A program made the translations under genes and the position numbers. The notes beneath the pieces are model-generated. The model made no database searches and was not told the DNA's origin. It saw only the letters and a program-made list of their open reading frames with translations. A stretch of DNA of 64,000 nucleotides from Candidatus Saccharicenans subterraneus (GTDB taxonomy: Bacteria; Acidobacteriota; Aminicenantia; Aminicenantales; Saccharicenantaceae): the NCBI GenBank assembly GCA_003426165.1, contig QUAH01000008.1, positions 23,681-87,680 of the forward strand, in the 5' to 3' direction. Positions 20,904-30,202 of the stretch are shown here, piece by piece. Each line of letters opens with the position of its first letter. Positions within the stretch are counted from its first letter, which is position 1.

Positions 20904-22028
20904 CTACTCCTTTTCCCCTTTATCAATAACATCAGGGTCCATTTTCTCCAGCTCCCTGGCCATGGCCTCAACTTCCCGGACCAGGGCGGCCACGATCTCC
21001 GGCTCGGGCACCCTCTTAACCACCAGGCCGCGCTTGAAGATTACCCCGGCCTCCCGGCCGCAGGCCACTCCAATATCAGCTTCCCTGGCTTCACCCGGAC
21101 CGTTGACCGGGCAGCCCATGACAGCCACGGTCAGCCCGGCGGTTATCCCTGCCAGTTTCTTCTCAACTTCGGTCGCGATTTTTCGCAGGTCGACTTCGGT
21201 TCGCCCACAGCCCGGGCAGGAAATGAAGTTTATACCCCGGCTTTCCAGGCCCAGGCTTCTAAGTATTTCATAGGCCACCTCAACTTCCCTTTCGGGCGGC
21301 GCGGTCAGCGACACCCTGATGGTATCGGCCAGGCCCTGGCTGAGTAGCAGGGCCAGCCCGGCTGCCGACTTGATGCTCCCACGAAGCAGGGTACCTGCCT
21401 CGGTGATACCGGCATGAAATGGGTAATCAACCCGGTCGGCCAGGAGCCGGTAAGCTTCCACCGTGCGGCGAATATCCGAGGCCTTGAGCGAAATCTTTAT
21501 TTCATGAAAGCCCAGGTCTTCGAGCTGCCTGACCTGGCCCAGGGCACTTTCGACCAGGGCCTCGGCCGTTACCTGCCCGTACCTGACCAGCAGGTCTTTT
21601 TCCAGTGAACCGGAATTTACTCCAACCCGGATGGCCGCCTTCCGTTCGGCGGCCAGGCGAACCACTTCTTTTAATTTTTCTCTGGAACCGATGGTGCCCG
21701 GGTTGATTCTTAACCCATCGGCCCCGGCCTCCAGGGCCAGGATGGCCAGCCGGGGGTTGAAATGGATATCGGCGATGAGCGGAATTGATATTCTCTTTTT
21801 TATTTCCCTGATGGCCAGGGCATCGTCCTTCCCGGGAACAGCCACCCTGACCAGCCTGCAGCCAGCTCGCTCCAGCCTTTTAATCTGGGCCACCGTGGCC
21901 CGAACATCGGCCGTCCTGGTCTTGGTCATGGACTGAACGACCACAGGAGCTCCGCCCCCGATTACCACCGACCCAACCCTGATGGCCCTGGTCCGGCGCC
22001 TCGGGTAAAGTTCTGGCTTTTGGCTCAT
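20904..22028 (-). CDS. ispG: (E)-4-hydroxy-3-methylbut-2-enyl-diphosphate synthase
   Basis: VQSMT, ADIHF, RINPG, GITEAG, SCPGCGR, VMGCPVNGPGE. Confidence 0.97.
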   Translation of the reverse strand: MSQKPELYPRRRTRAIRVGSVVIGGGAPVVVQSMTKTRTADVRATVAQIKRLERAGCRLVRVAVPGKDDALAIREIKKRISIPLIADIHFNPRLAILALEAGADGLRINPGTIGSREKLKEVVRLAAERKAAIRVGVNSGSLEKDLLVRYGQVTAEALVESALGQVRQLEDLGFHEIKISLKASDIRRTVEAYRLLADRVDYPFHAGITEAGTLLRGSIKSAAGLALLLSQGLADTIRVSLTAPPEREVEVAYEILRSLGLESRGINFISCPGCGRTEVDLRKIATEVEKKLAGITAGLTVAVMGCPVNGPGEAREADIGVACGREAGVIFKRGLVVKRVPEPEIVAALVREVEAMARELEKMDPDVIDKGEKE

Positions 22029-22039
22029 GGGTTTTCCAA

Positions 22040-23368
22040 TTAGAATGGAACCAGGCTCTTCCAGCCGCTAGGTAATCTTTTGACAATATCGTTCAGGATG
22101 ACAAAGACGATTATGAAGACGAAAATCACGAAGCCAATCTGCATCCAGATTTCACGCATCTTCGGGCTGAGGTCCCTTCTGATCAGTCCCTCGATCATCA
22201 GGACAAAAATCTGACCCCCGTCAAATACCGGAATGGGTAGCAGGTTGAGGATGCCCAGCTGCAGGCTGATGATGGCAATCCAGCTCATCATGGCCAGCAG
22301 GCCCATCTTCATAGCCGCGTGAGACAGGCTGGCGATTTCAATCGGCCCGCCCAGCTGCCTGGTCGAAGCCTGCCCGGTAAACAGGTCTTTCAGGAAGTTG
22401 AAGACCAGGAAGGTATTGCGGGCATTTTCCCTGAGGCTCTGGCCCAGGGCGGCAAAAAAGGGATATTTGCGGGTGACCGACTTGGCCCCCTGCAGAACTC
22501 CGATTTTGCCCACGTTCCCTTCCTTCCTTGGAATGACTGTCAGGTCAAGCCTCTGGCTTTGTCTTTCCACCGTTAGCACCAGGGGTTTTTCCGGGCTTTC
22601 TTCGATCTTCTTAACAAAATTGTAGAAAAAGACCGGCTCGCCGTTGACCGCCAGGATCACATCACCCGGCTGCAGCCCGGCTTTTTCCGCCGGCGAGCCG
22701 GGGTTGACCATCATGATCTGGGTCAGGATATGAGCCCGGAACCCGGCATATCCCATCTCGTACCTGGTGATCTTGTCGGTCTTCAGCGGAACCTGCAGCC
22801 TCTCCCCTCCCCTTCGTATGGTTACCAGGATATCTTTTTCCGGCTTGGAGCCGACGGCAATTTCCACATCGCTCCAGGTCTTCACCGCCCGGCCGTTGAT
22901 TTCCAGGATTTCGTCTCCAACCAGCAGGCCGGCTCTCTCGGCCGGGGAACCCGGGTCGACCCAGCCGATCACCGGGACCTGCTCCTGGTACTCGGGAACG
23001 GTTACTCCGACCATGTTGAGGATGGACACCAGGACTATGGCCAGCAGGATATTCATGATGGAACCCATGACCAGGATGAGGAATCTCTCAAAGCGGTTCT
23101 TGGCCATGAAATCATCCGGGGATATGGGCCGGTCCTTCTCGAACATGCCCTCTCCCAGCAACCTGACATAGCCCCCCATGGGAATCAGGCTGACCCGGTA
23201 ATCGGTGTCTCCCTTTTTGAGGCCGAAAAGCCTCTTGCCATAGCCAAAGGAAAAGACTTCCACCTTGACGCCCACCAGCTTGGCCATGAAAAAGTGACCG
23301 AACTCATGGACGAATACCAGGATTCCGAAAACAATCAAGAATGCAACGATGGTGCCCAGTATGGTCAT
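22040..23368 (-). CDS. rseP: RIP metalloprotease RseP (two PDZ domains)
   Basis: HEFGH, IPMGGYV, two GSPAE PDZ motifs, NLLPIPVFDGG. Confidence 0.95.
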   Translation of the reverse strand: MTILGTIVAFLIVFGILVFVHEFGHFFMAKLVGVKVEVFSFGYGKRLFGLKKGDTDYRVSLIPMGGYVRLLGEGMFEKDRPISPDDFMAKNRFERFLILVMGSIMNILLAIVLVSILNMVGVTVPEYQEQVPVIGWVDPGSPAERAGLLVGDEILEINGRAVKTWSDVEIAVGSKPEKDILVTIRRGGERLQVPLKTDKITRYEMGYAGFRAHILTQIMMVNPGSPAEKAGLQPGDVILAVNGEPVFFYNFVKKIEESPEKPLVLTVERQSQRLDLTVIPRKEGNVGKIGVLQGAKSVTRKYPFFAALGQSLRENARNTFLVFNFLKDLFTGQASTRQLGGPIEIASLSHAAMKMGLLAMMSWIAIISLQLGILNLLPIPVFDGGQIFVLMIEGLIRRDLSPKMREIWMQIGFVIFVFIIVFVILNDIVKRLPSGWKSLVPF

Positions 23369-24546
23369 GTTATGTTCCCTTTCATCTTTTTTAGGTATAG
23401 CTGGGCCTGTCCCCTGCTCTCCCGGTCGACGGCCAGGATATCATCCAGTTCAGCCAGAGCCCGGGGCTGGTGGTGATTGAGACAATAGCTTACTATCTCA
23501 AAAATCTGGCCGAAAGAAATCTTCTCTTCCAGAAAGGCCTGGACCGAAACTTCGTTGGCCGCGTTCAACACCACCGGGAAACTCAGGCCGGCGGCCAGGG
23601 CCTTTCGGGCCAGCCCGAAAAGCGGAAACCTCTGTTCATCGACCGGAAAAAATTCCAGGGAACGAACTTCGGCCAGGTCCAGAGAGGGCAGCGGAGATTC
23701 CAGCCGTTCCGGGTAGCTCAGGGCATACTGGATCGGGATTCTCATGTCGGTCTGGCTCAACTGGGCCAGGACCGAACCGTCCAGGAATTCAACCAGGGCA
23801 TGGACGATGCTCTGGGGGTGGACCAAAACCCCGAGCTGATCCGGCCGGAGGTTGAACAACCACCTGGCTTCAACGAGTTCCAGCCCCTTGTTCATCATGG
23901 TGGCCGAATCGATGGTCACCTTTTGACCCATTTTCCAGCGGGGATGCCTCAGGGCTTCGGCCAGGGTCTTGGTGGACAGTTCCTCGAGCGGCACCCGCAG
24001 AAAGGGGCCGCCGGAGGCGGTCAAATAGACCTTCTTAATGAATTTCTTATCGCGGCCACGAAGGCACTGGAAGACGCCCGAATGCTCGCTGTCGACTGGA
24101 ATGATGCGGCTCCCGGTCCTGGCCGCGATTTTCCTGATCAGGTCCCCGGCTACAACCATGGATTCCTTGTTGGCCAAGGCCAGGTCCTTTCCCTTCCGGA
24201 GGGCAGCCAGGGTAGGTTTCAGCCCGGCTATTCCGGTGATGGCCGAAACCACCATATCTGCCGTGGCGACCGAAGCTATTTCTTCGTAGCCCGCCTCTCC
24301 GCATAGAATCCTCACCCTGGAACGTCCCAGGTTTCTTCTGAGTTCCCCGGCCTGCTTCTCGCTTTCTACCGCCACGATTTCAGGTTGAAACTCTTCTACC
24401 TGCCGGGCCAGAAGCCCTGAGTTTCTTCCGGCAGCCAGCCCGACCACCCCGTACCTGTCCCTGAAGCGCCGGATAACATCCAGGGTGCTCTGCCCGATGG
24501 AACCGGTGCTGCCGAGAATGACCAGGCGTTTTTTCCTTTTGTTCAT
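23365..24546 (-). CDS. dxr: 1-deoxy-D-xylulose-5-phosphate reductoisomerase
   Basis: GSTGSIG, ANKES, PVDSEH, TASGGPF, DSATMMNKGLE. Confidence 0.98.
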   Translation of the reverse strand: MNKRKKRLVILGSTGSIGQSTLDVIRRFRDRYGVVGLAAGRNSGLLARQVEEFQPEIVAVESEKQAGELRRNLGRSRVRILCGEAGYEEIASVATADMVVSAITGIAGLKPTLAALRKGKDLALANKESMVVAGDLIRKIAARTGSRIIPVDSEHSGVFQCLRGRDKKFIKKVYLTASGGPFLRVPLEELSTKTLAEALRHPRWKMGQKVTIDSATMMNKGLELVEARWLFNLRPDQLGVLVHPQSIVHALVEFLDGSVLAQLSQTDMRIPIQYALSYPERLESPLPSLDLAEVRSLEFFPVDEQRFPLFGLARKALAAGLSFPVVLNAANEVSVQAFLEEKISFGQIFEIVSYCLNHHQPRALAELDDILAVDRESRGQAQLYLKKMKGNIT

Positions 24547-24563
24547 GAGGTCCAGGTTTCAGT

Positions 24564-25370
24564 TTATTTCATGATCAGGAGTTTCAAATAATAAAAGACG
24601 GGAGCAGCCAGGGTAAAGCTATCTATCCTGTCCAGGATCCCACCGTGCCCCGGGACCAGGTTGGAAGAATCCTTGACTCCGGCTGCCCGTTTGAATAGGG
24701 ACTCCAGGGGGTCGGCCACCTGGGCTGCGGCATGAACCACGACGCTCAAAACGATAATCTCCAGCAGCGGAAAACGGGGCAGAAGGACGGTCCTGGCCAG
24801 CCAGCCACCGCCCGCCGCCCAGAGCAGGCCTCCCAGGGCTCCTTCCCAGGTCTTGTTGGGGCTGGCAATGGGAGTCATCTTTCTCCGTCCAAAGGTTTTA
24901 CCCAGCAGGAAGGCCCCGGTATCTCCCAGTGAAATGACCGCAAACAGAAGATAAAGCCAGAGCACGCCGAAGTCACGCCTGACCCAGTAGAGAAAATTCA
25001 TGGTCAGGCTGACATAGACCAGGCCGGCCAAGGTCAGGCTGAAAGAACCGGGAAACAGGGCCAGCTTTTCCAGGGTATTGGTATCTATCACATAATACAC
25101 AAAGGTGATCAGGGTCATGACCGTGAAGCCCAGCAGGAAAGGAAAGCTGTCAAAATAAAAAGTGGCCCCGATGATCAGGGCAAACAGGCAGCCCAGGAGC
25201 TTCTTTGGGTAAAACTTGCGCCTGTTGCTCAGGCTGTAAAATTCCAGCAGGCCGCCGATGATGGTCAGCTGCAGGGCCAGGAAAAAAACCCAGGGTGGCG
25301 CGAACTGAATTATGACAAATAAAACTCCCAGGATGATGATGGCCGTCTTGGTTCTCTGCCAGAGTCCCAT
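24564..25370 (-). CDS. cdsA: Phosphatidate cytidylyltransferase
   Basis: SPNKTWEG, ESLFKRAAGVKDS...PGHGGILDRIDS. Confidence 0.95.
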   Translation of the reverse strand: MGLWQRTKTAIIILGVLFVIIQFAPPWVFFLALQLTIIGGLLEFYSLSNRRKFYPKKLLGCLFALIIGATFYFDSFPFLLGFTVMTLITFVYYVIDTNTLEKLALFPGSFSLTLAGLVYVSLTMNFLYWVRRDFGVLWLYLLFAVISLGDTGAFLLGKTFGRRKMTPIASPNKTWEGALGGLLWAAGGGWLARTVLLPRFPLLEIIVLSVVVHAAAQVADPLESLFKRAAGVKDSSNLVPGHGGILDRIDSFTLAAPVFYYLKLLIMK

Positions 25371-25371
25371 G

Positions 25372-26157
25372 CTAAGTCCTGCCTTTCTTCTGAACCGGTT
25401 CCACCCCGCCGAATCTCCTCTCTCTTTTCTGGTAATCCACGACCGCCTGCAGCAGGTCCTTTTTCCGGAAATCAGGCCAGAGAACCGGGGTCACCCACAG
25501 TTCGGTGTAGGCCGACTGCCAGAGGAGAAAATTGCTCAGTCGCATTTCCCCGCTGGTCCTGATCAGCAGGTCCGGGTCTGGTATTCCGGCGGTGTCCAGG
25601 TAACGGGCGAACGAATTCTCGTCGATTTCTTCCAGGCGGCTCTTTCTGCGAACCATCTTCTTGATGGCCTTGATTATTTCCTGGCGGCCGCCATAATTTA
25701 AGGCCAGCACCACCGTCATCCGGCGGTTATTCCTGGTCTGCCTTTCCACCCGGGCCAGCTCCCGTCTGACCAGGTAAGGAATGCCATTTCTTTCCCCGAT
25801 TACTTTGAGCCTCAGGTCATTTTCCAGGAGAACCCGGCTTTCTTCAGCCAGGTATTTTCTGAGCAAACCCCATAGAGTATTGACCTCATCCTCCGGCCTT
25901 TTCCAGTTTTCGCGAGAAAAGGCGTAGAGAGTCAGGTACTTAATTCCCAGGCGGGCAGCCGCTTCCACCGCTTCTTTCACCGATTCACTGCCGGCTTTAT
26001 GGCCCTCGGTCCTGGGCAGGTTTCTCTGGCGGGCCCAGCGGCCGTTTCCATCCATAATTATGGCCACGTGAACCGGCAGCCGGGTAAAATCTATCTGTTT
26101 AACCAGCTCTGCTTCAACGGTTCCAGGCTTTATGTAGCCTTCCAGGGTATCAAACAT
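25372..26157 (-). CDS. uppS: Undecaprenyl/isoprenyl diphosphate synthase
   Basis: HVAIIMDGNGRWA, YAFSRENW, NYGGR, RTSGEMRLSNFLLWQ, RRFGG; start set at ATG 26157. Confidence 0.97.
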   Translation of the reverse strand: MFDTLEGYIKPGTVEAELVKQIDFTRLPVHVAIIMDGNGRWARQRNLPRTEGHKAGSESVKEAVEAAARLGIKYLTLYAFSRENWKRPEDEVNTLWGLLRKYLAEESRVLLENDLRLKVIGERNGIPYLVRRELARVERQTRNNRRMTVVLALNYGGRQEIIKAIKKMVRRKSRLEEIDENSFARYLDTAGIPDPDLLIRTSGEMRLSNFLLWQSAYTELWVTPVLWPDFRKKDLLQAVVDYQKRERRFGGVEPVQKKGRT

Positions 26158-26164
26158 GAAAAAC

Positions 26165-26193
26165 ATTATAAGGAGGGCCTGTTGAATTGTCAA
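26165..26193 (-). promoter_or_regulatory. Perfect-consensus sigma70 promoter of the uppS operon
   Basis: Minus strand TTGACA-17 nt-TATAAT. Confidence 0.85.
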
Positions 26194-26258
26194 AAAGGCG
26201 ACCGGACGGGCATGGACAGAGTATGCCCTTTCTGGTATCTTACAGGCTGGAGGAAAAG

Positions 26259-26489
26259 ATGTGTCTGGCCGTGCCCGGAAAAGTGGTCAGCCTGGAAGGC
26301 AATGGTACCGGTAAAGTTGATTACCTGGGAACGACCGTACTGGCCAACCTCTCCCTCCTCCCCGAGGTCAAGGTGGGCGACTGGGTAATTGTGCATGCCG
26401 GTTTTGCCATTTCCAGGCTTGACCAGAAGGAAGCCCGCCGCACCCTGAAACTTTTCAAAGAGCTGGAAAAAATCAGCCCGGCCGACTGA
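26259..26489 (+). CDS. hypC: Hydrogenase maturation chaperone HypC
   Basis: MCLAVPG...VGDWVIVHAGFAI; GGAGG before ATG 26259. Confidence 0.97.
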   Translation: MCLAVPGKVVSLEGNGTGKVDYLGTTVLANLSLLPEVKVGDWVIVHAGFAISRLDQKEARRTLKLFKELEKISPAD

Positions 26490-26492
26490 GCC

Positions 26493-27632
26493 ATGGCCCG
26501 TAGAAAACCTTCCCGGGAATTATTATCTGGCTGGCGCTCGGCTCCCACCATCAGGAACCTGCTTAAAGCCATATCCATTGAAACCGGGACCATAGGCCGT
26601 CCATTGAGAATCATGGAAGTTTGTGGCACCCATACCATGACCCTGCACCGTTCGGGCCTGAAACCCCTGCTGCGGGAAGCCGGAGTGGTGATGGTCTCCG
26701 GGCCGGGCTGCCCGGTCTGCATAACTCCAGATTACTACCACGAAGCCATAATCGACCTGGTCACTTCCAGGAAGAACATCCTGGTGGCCACCTTCGGCGA
26801 CATGACCAGGGTGCCCACGGCCCGCGGGTCCCTGCAGACCACGGTTCCCGCGCCGGGCTCGGAAATAAGAATTGTCTATTCGCCGGAAGAGGCGCTGGAG
26901 CTGGCCGTCAAAAACCTGGAAAAGGAAGTCATTTTCTTTGGAGCCGGGTTCGAAACCACCATTCCGGCCATCGCCTTCACCGTCAAACGGGCTGCCGCTG
27001 AGAACCTTAAGAATTTCTCCCTGCTGGCCGCCCTGTGGTTGATTCCCCCGGCCCTCCAGGCCATCCTGGAATCGGGCGAAGTGGCCATAGACGGTTTTAT
27101 CTACCCGGGGCATGTCAGCGTCATCATCGGCCAGCAGGCCTACCGCTTCGTGGCCGAAAAATTCGGGGTGCCGGGAGCCATAGCCGGCTTTGAGCCGGCC
27201 GATGTGCTCCTGGGCATTCTGTCCGTAGCCAGGCAAATCCGGCTGGGACGCCCTGAAGTGGCCAACGAATACCGCCGGGTGGTCCAGGCCGAGGGTAACC
27301 CCAGGGCCCTGGCCCTGATGGAAGAAATGCTGGAGCCTTACGAGGCTGACTGGCGCGGCCTGGGCCGTATTAAGATAAGCGGCCTGCGCCTTAGACCACG
27401 CTTCCAGGAACTGGATGCGGTCAGGAAATTTGACCTGCACCTTCAACCGGCTAAGCCTCTCAAGCTGGGCTGCCGGTGTGGGGAAGTCTTGAAGGGCCTG
27501 ATCGAGCCGGTTGATTGCCCGCTCTTTGGCCGGTCCTGCGATCCCGACCATCCCCGGGGTCCATGCATGGTGTCTTACGAAGGCGCCTGCCTGATCGAAT
27601 ATAAATATTCATCCGGAGGCAGAAAGCAATGA
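26493..27632 (+). CDS. hypD: Hydrogenase maturation protein HypD
   Basis: MEVCGTH, GPGCPVC, GFETT, PGHVS, C-terminal CRCG...CPLF...GPCMVSYEGAC. Confidence 0.97.
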   Translation: MARRKPSRELLSGWRSAPTIRNLLKAISIETGTIGRPLRIMEVCGTHTMTLHRSGLKPLLREAGVVMVSGPGCPVCITPDYYHEAIIDLVTSRKNILVATFGDMTRVPTARGSLQTTVPAPGSEIRIVYSPEEALELAVKNLEKEVIFFGAGFETTIPAIAFTVKRAAAENLKNFSLLAALWLIPPALQAILESGEVAIDGFIYPGHVSVIIGQQAYRFVAEKFGVPGAIAGFEPADVLLGILSVARQIRLGRPEVANEYRRVVQAEGNPRALALMEEMLEPYEADWRGLGRIKISGLRLRPRFQELDAVRKFDLHLQPAKPLKLGCRCGEVLKGLIEPVDCPLFGRSCDPDHPRGPCMVSYEGACLIEYKYSSGGRKQ

Positions 27633-28615
27633 AACAGGTCAGCCTGGAAATGGGCAGCGGCGGTCGCTTGATGCAGGAATTTATCAAAGAAAGGCTGCTG
27701 CCTGTATTCAAGAACCGGTACCTTAAAGCTCTTCATGATTCGGCCCTTCTGCCGGGCGGCCTGGCCCTGACCACTGATTCCTACACGGTCGACCCGATCT
27801 TCTTTCCGGGAGGCGATATCGGGACGCTGTGCGTCAACGGAACGGTTAATGACCTGGTGGTGTCCGGTGCCAGGCCCGAATACCTGTCCCTGGCCCTGAT
27901 CATAGAAGAGGGCCTGGAACTGGCCACCCTGGAAAAAATCCTGCTTTCCATTCGGAAGACTGCTTCCAGGAACCGGGTGAGTATCGTCACCGGCGATACC
28001 AAGGTGGTCCCCCGCGGCCAGGCTGACAGGATTTATATCAACACCGCCGGGGTCGGACACCTGGTGGGATGCCCGGAACCTGAGAAGGTCAGGCCGGGAG
28101 ACAAGATACTGGTGACCGGACCAGTCGGCGAACATGGCCTGGCCATCATGCTGGCCAGGAATAATTTCAGGCTATCTTCGCGGGTCAGGAGCGATTGCGG
28201 GCCGCTACTTTTTCTCCTTCCCCTCTGGAAAAAAGGCGTACTCTGGATGCGGGATATCACCCGGGGAGGCCTGGCCACGGTGCTGTCCGAACTGGCTGAT
28301 AAGGTCGGCTATCCCCTGCTGGTCGAAGAAGAAAGCATTCCTTTTTCCCGGGCCCTTCGCGGGGCGGTGGAAATCCTCGGGATTGACCCGCTCTACCTGG
28401 CCTGCGAGGGGCGGGCCCTCGTGGTGGTTAAAGAATCCGAAGCCAAACGGGTACTGAATGTCCTTAAAAAGCAGGCAGCTTCCCGCGAGGCAGCCATCAT
28501 CGGAGAAGTCCAGGATAAAATCGGGCGGAAAGGTGAAGCCCTGCTCCGGACATCAAGCGGGGGTTTGAGGCTCCTGGAACCCCTGACCTCGGAACTCCTG
28601 CCAAGGATTTGCTGA
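27629..28615 (+). CDS. hypE: Hydrogenase maturation protein HypE
   Basis: TTDS, GTVNDL, GDTKVV, DITRGG, C-terminal PRIC. Confidence 0.97.
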   Translation: MKQVSLEMGSGGRLMQEFIKERLLPVFKNRYLKALHDSALLPGGLALTTDSYTVDPIFFPGGDIGTLCVNGTVNDLVVSGARPEYLSLALIIEEGLELATLEKILLSIRKTASRNRVSIVTGDTKVVPRGQADRIYINTAGVGHLVGCPEPEKVRPGDKILVTGPVGEHGLAIMLARNNFRLSSRVRSDCGPLLFLLPLWKKGVLWMRDITRGGLATVLSELADKVGYPLLVEEESIPFSRALRGAVEILGIDPLYLACEGRALVVVKESEAKRVLNVLKKQAASREAAIIGEVQDKIGRKGEALLRTSSGGLRLLEPLTSELLPRIC

Positions 28616-28620
28616 CAACC

Positions 28621-29568
28621 TCAGCCCATCCTGGATTTATACCAGTCTATGGTCAGCTTCAATCCCTTTTCAAAATCAACTTCTGGCCTGAAACCGAGGT
28701 GATGCTCGGCCCGGCTGATATCGGCATATGATTCCATGATGTCCCCGGGGCGGGGGTCAGCATAGACCGGCGACATCTTGACCCCGAGCAACGAATTCAG
28801 AATTGCAGCCAGTTCCTTAACCGTAATTCTGGAAGCCGTTCCTATATTAAAGACCTCGCCGCGGAAATCGGTAGCATTGGCCGCCAGCAAATTGGCCTGG
28901 ACCACGTTCTCCACGTAGATAAAATCGCGACTCTGGTGGCCGTCGCCATAGATTATCGGCGGCTGGCCCCGCAGCATCCTGGTGATGAAGATTGGAACAA
29001 CCGCGGCATACTGGGAACCAGGGTCCTGCCTGGGCCCGAAGACGTTGAAGTAACGCAGGCTGACGGCATTGAAGTTGTAGAGCTGGCTGAAAACCTGGCA
29101 GTATTTCTCGGAGGCCAGTTTCTGGGCACCGTAGGGCGACAGGGCTTTCCCTTCCAGGCCTTCCTTCTTGGGAAAGGTCTGGTCGTCGCCGTAGACGGCC
29201 GAAGAAGAGGCAAAAACAAAGCTGCGGATTCCTTGTTCCGCGGCCGCCAGCAGCAAGTTCAGGGTTCCAGTCAGGTTGATTTCATGGGCCAGGAGCGGTT
29301 CTGAAACTGACCTGGGCACCGAGGCCAGGGCAGCCTGGTGCAGGACCACTTCCATGCCTTCGGCGGCCTTCTGGCAGAGCTCTCTATCCCTGATGTCGCC
29401 GCGGATGATTTCCACCCGGCCGGCCAGGTGAGAAAGGTTTTCCTCTTTGCCAGTAGAAAAATCATCCAGCACCCGGACCTGGCAGCCCAGGCTGGCCAGT
29501 CTTTCCACCAGGTGGGAGCCGATAAAACCGGCTCCACCGGTCACCAGGTAGCGACTGTACTTGAGCAT
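28621..29568 (-). CDS. NAD-dependent nucleotide-sugar epimerase/dehydratase (extended SDR, WbpP/GalE-like)
   Basis: TGGAGFIG, ASSSAVYG, YGAQK, RYFNVFGPRQDP, RDFIYV. Confidence 0.92.
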   Translation of the reverse strand: MLKYSRYLVTGGAGFIGSHLVERLASLGCQVRVLDDFSTGKEENLSHLAGRVEIIRGDIRDRELCQKAAEGMEVVLHQAALASVPRSVSEPLLAHEINLTGTLNLLLAAAEQGIRSFVFASSSAVYGDDQTFPKKEGLEGKALSPYGAQKLASEKYCQVFSQLYNFNAVSLRYFNVFGPRQDPGSQYAAVVPIFITRMLRGQPPIIYGDGHQSRDFIYVENVVQANLLAANATDFRGEVFNIGTASRITVKELAAILNSLLGVKMSPVYADPRPGDIMESYADISRAEHHLGFRPEVDFEKGLKLTIDWYKSRMG

Positions 29569-29577
29569 CAGGCTGCC

Positions 29578-30129
29578 TCACAGATGAACATGGTCATCAA
29601 GATAACCAGATTTCTTCAGGTAATCCAGGACCTTCCGGGCACTCTCGTCCAGTGTCTCCCGGTCGGTTTCCAGCACCAGCTCGGGGTTGACCGGCTCCTC
29701 GTAGGGGTCGGAGATGCCGGTAAATTCCTTGATCTCGCCGCGGATGGCTTTCTGGTACATTCCCTTAACATCCCGGCTCATGCAGACCTCGAGCGGACAC
29801 TTGACATAGACCTCGATAAATTCCCCTATCTCCCTCCGGGCTTCATCCCTGATCTCGCGGTAGGGAGAAATAAATGAAGTCAGAACGGCCACCCCGTTCC
29901 TGGTCAACAGCTTGGCCACGAAGGCCACCCGGCGGATGTTTTCGTCACGGTCCTTCTTGGAAAAGCCCAGGTCGCGGCACAGGCTCTTGCGGACCACGTC
30001 ACCGTCCAGCCTTTCCACCTTCAGGTTATGGGCACGAAGAATCTCGGCCACCCGGTCGGCCACAGCCGATTTTCCGGAGCAGGGCAACCCGGTAAACCAC
30101 AGGGTAAATCCTTTCTGTTCCTGACACAT
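29578..30129 (-). CDS. cysC: Adenylyl-sulfate kinase
   Basis: WFTGLPCSGKS, LDGD, DRDENIRR, RDVKGMY, FTGISDPYEEP. Confidence 0.97.
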   Translation of the reverse strand: MCQEQKGFTLWFTGLPCSGKSAVADRVAEILRAHNLKVERLDGDVVRKSLCRDLGFSKKDRDENIRRVAFVAKLLTRNGVAVLTSFISPYREIRDEARREIGEFIEVYVKCPLEVCMSRDVKGMYQKAIRGEIKEFTGISDPYEEPVNPELVLETDRETLDESARKVLDYLKKSGYLDDHVHL

Positions 30130-30202
30130 CTATGAACTCCTTATTATTACTTTGTATAAATTCACCAGGAATCCTGGTTTAAGGCCGGTTAGGGCCTGGC
30201 TA

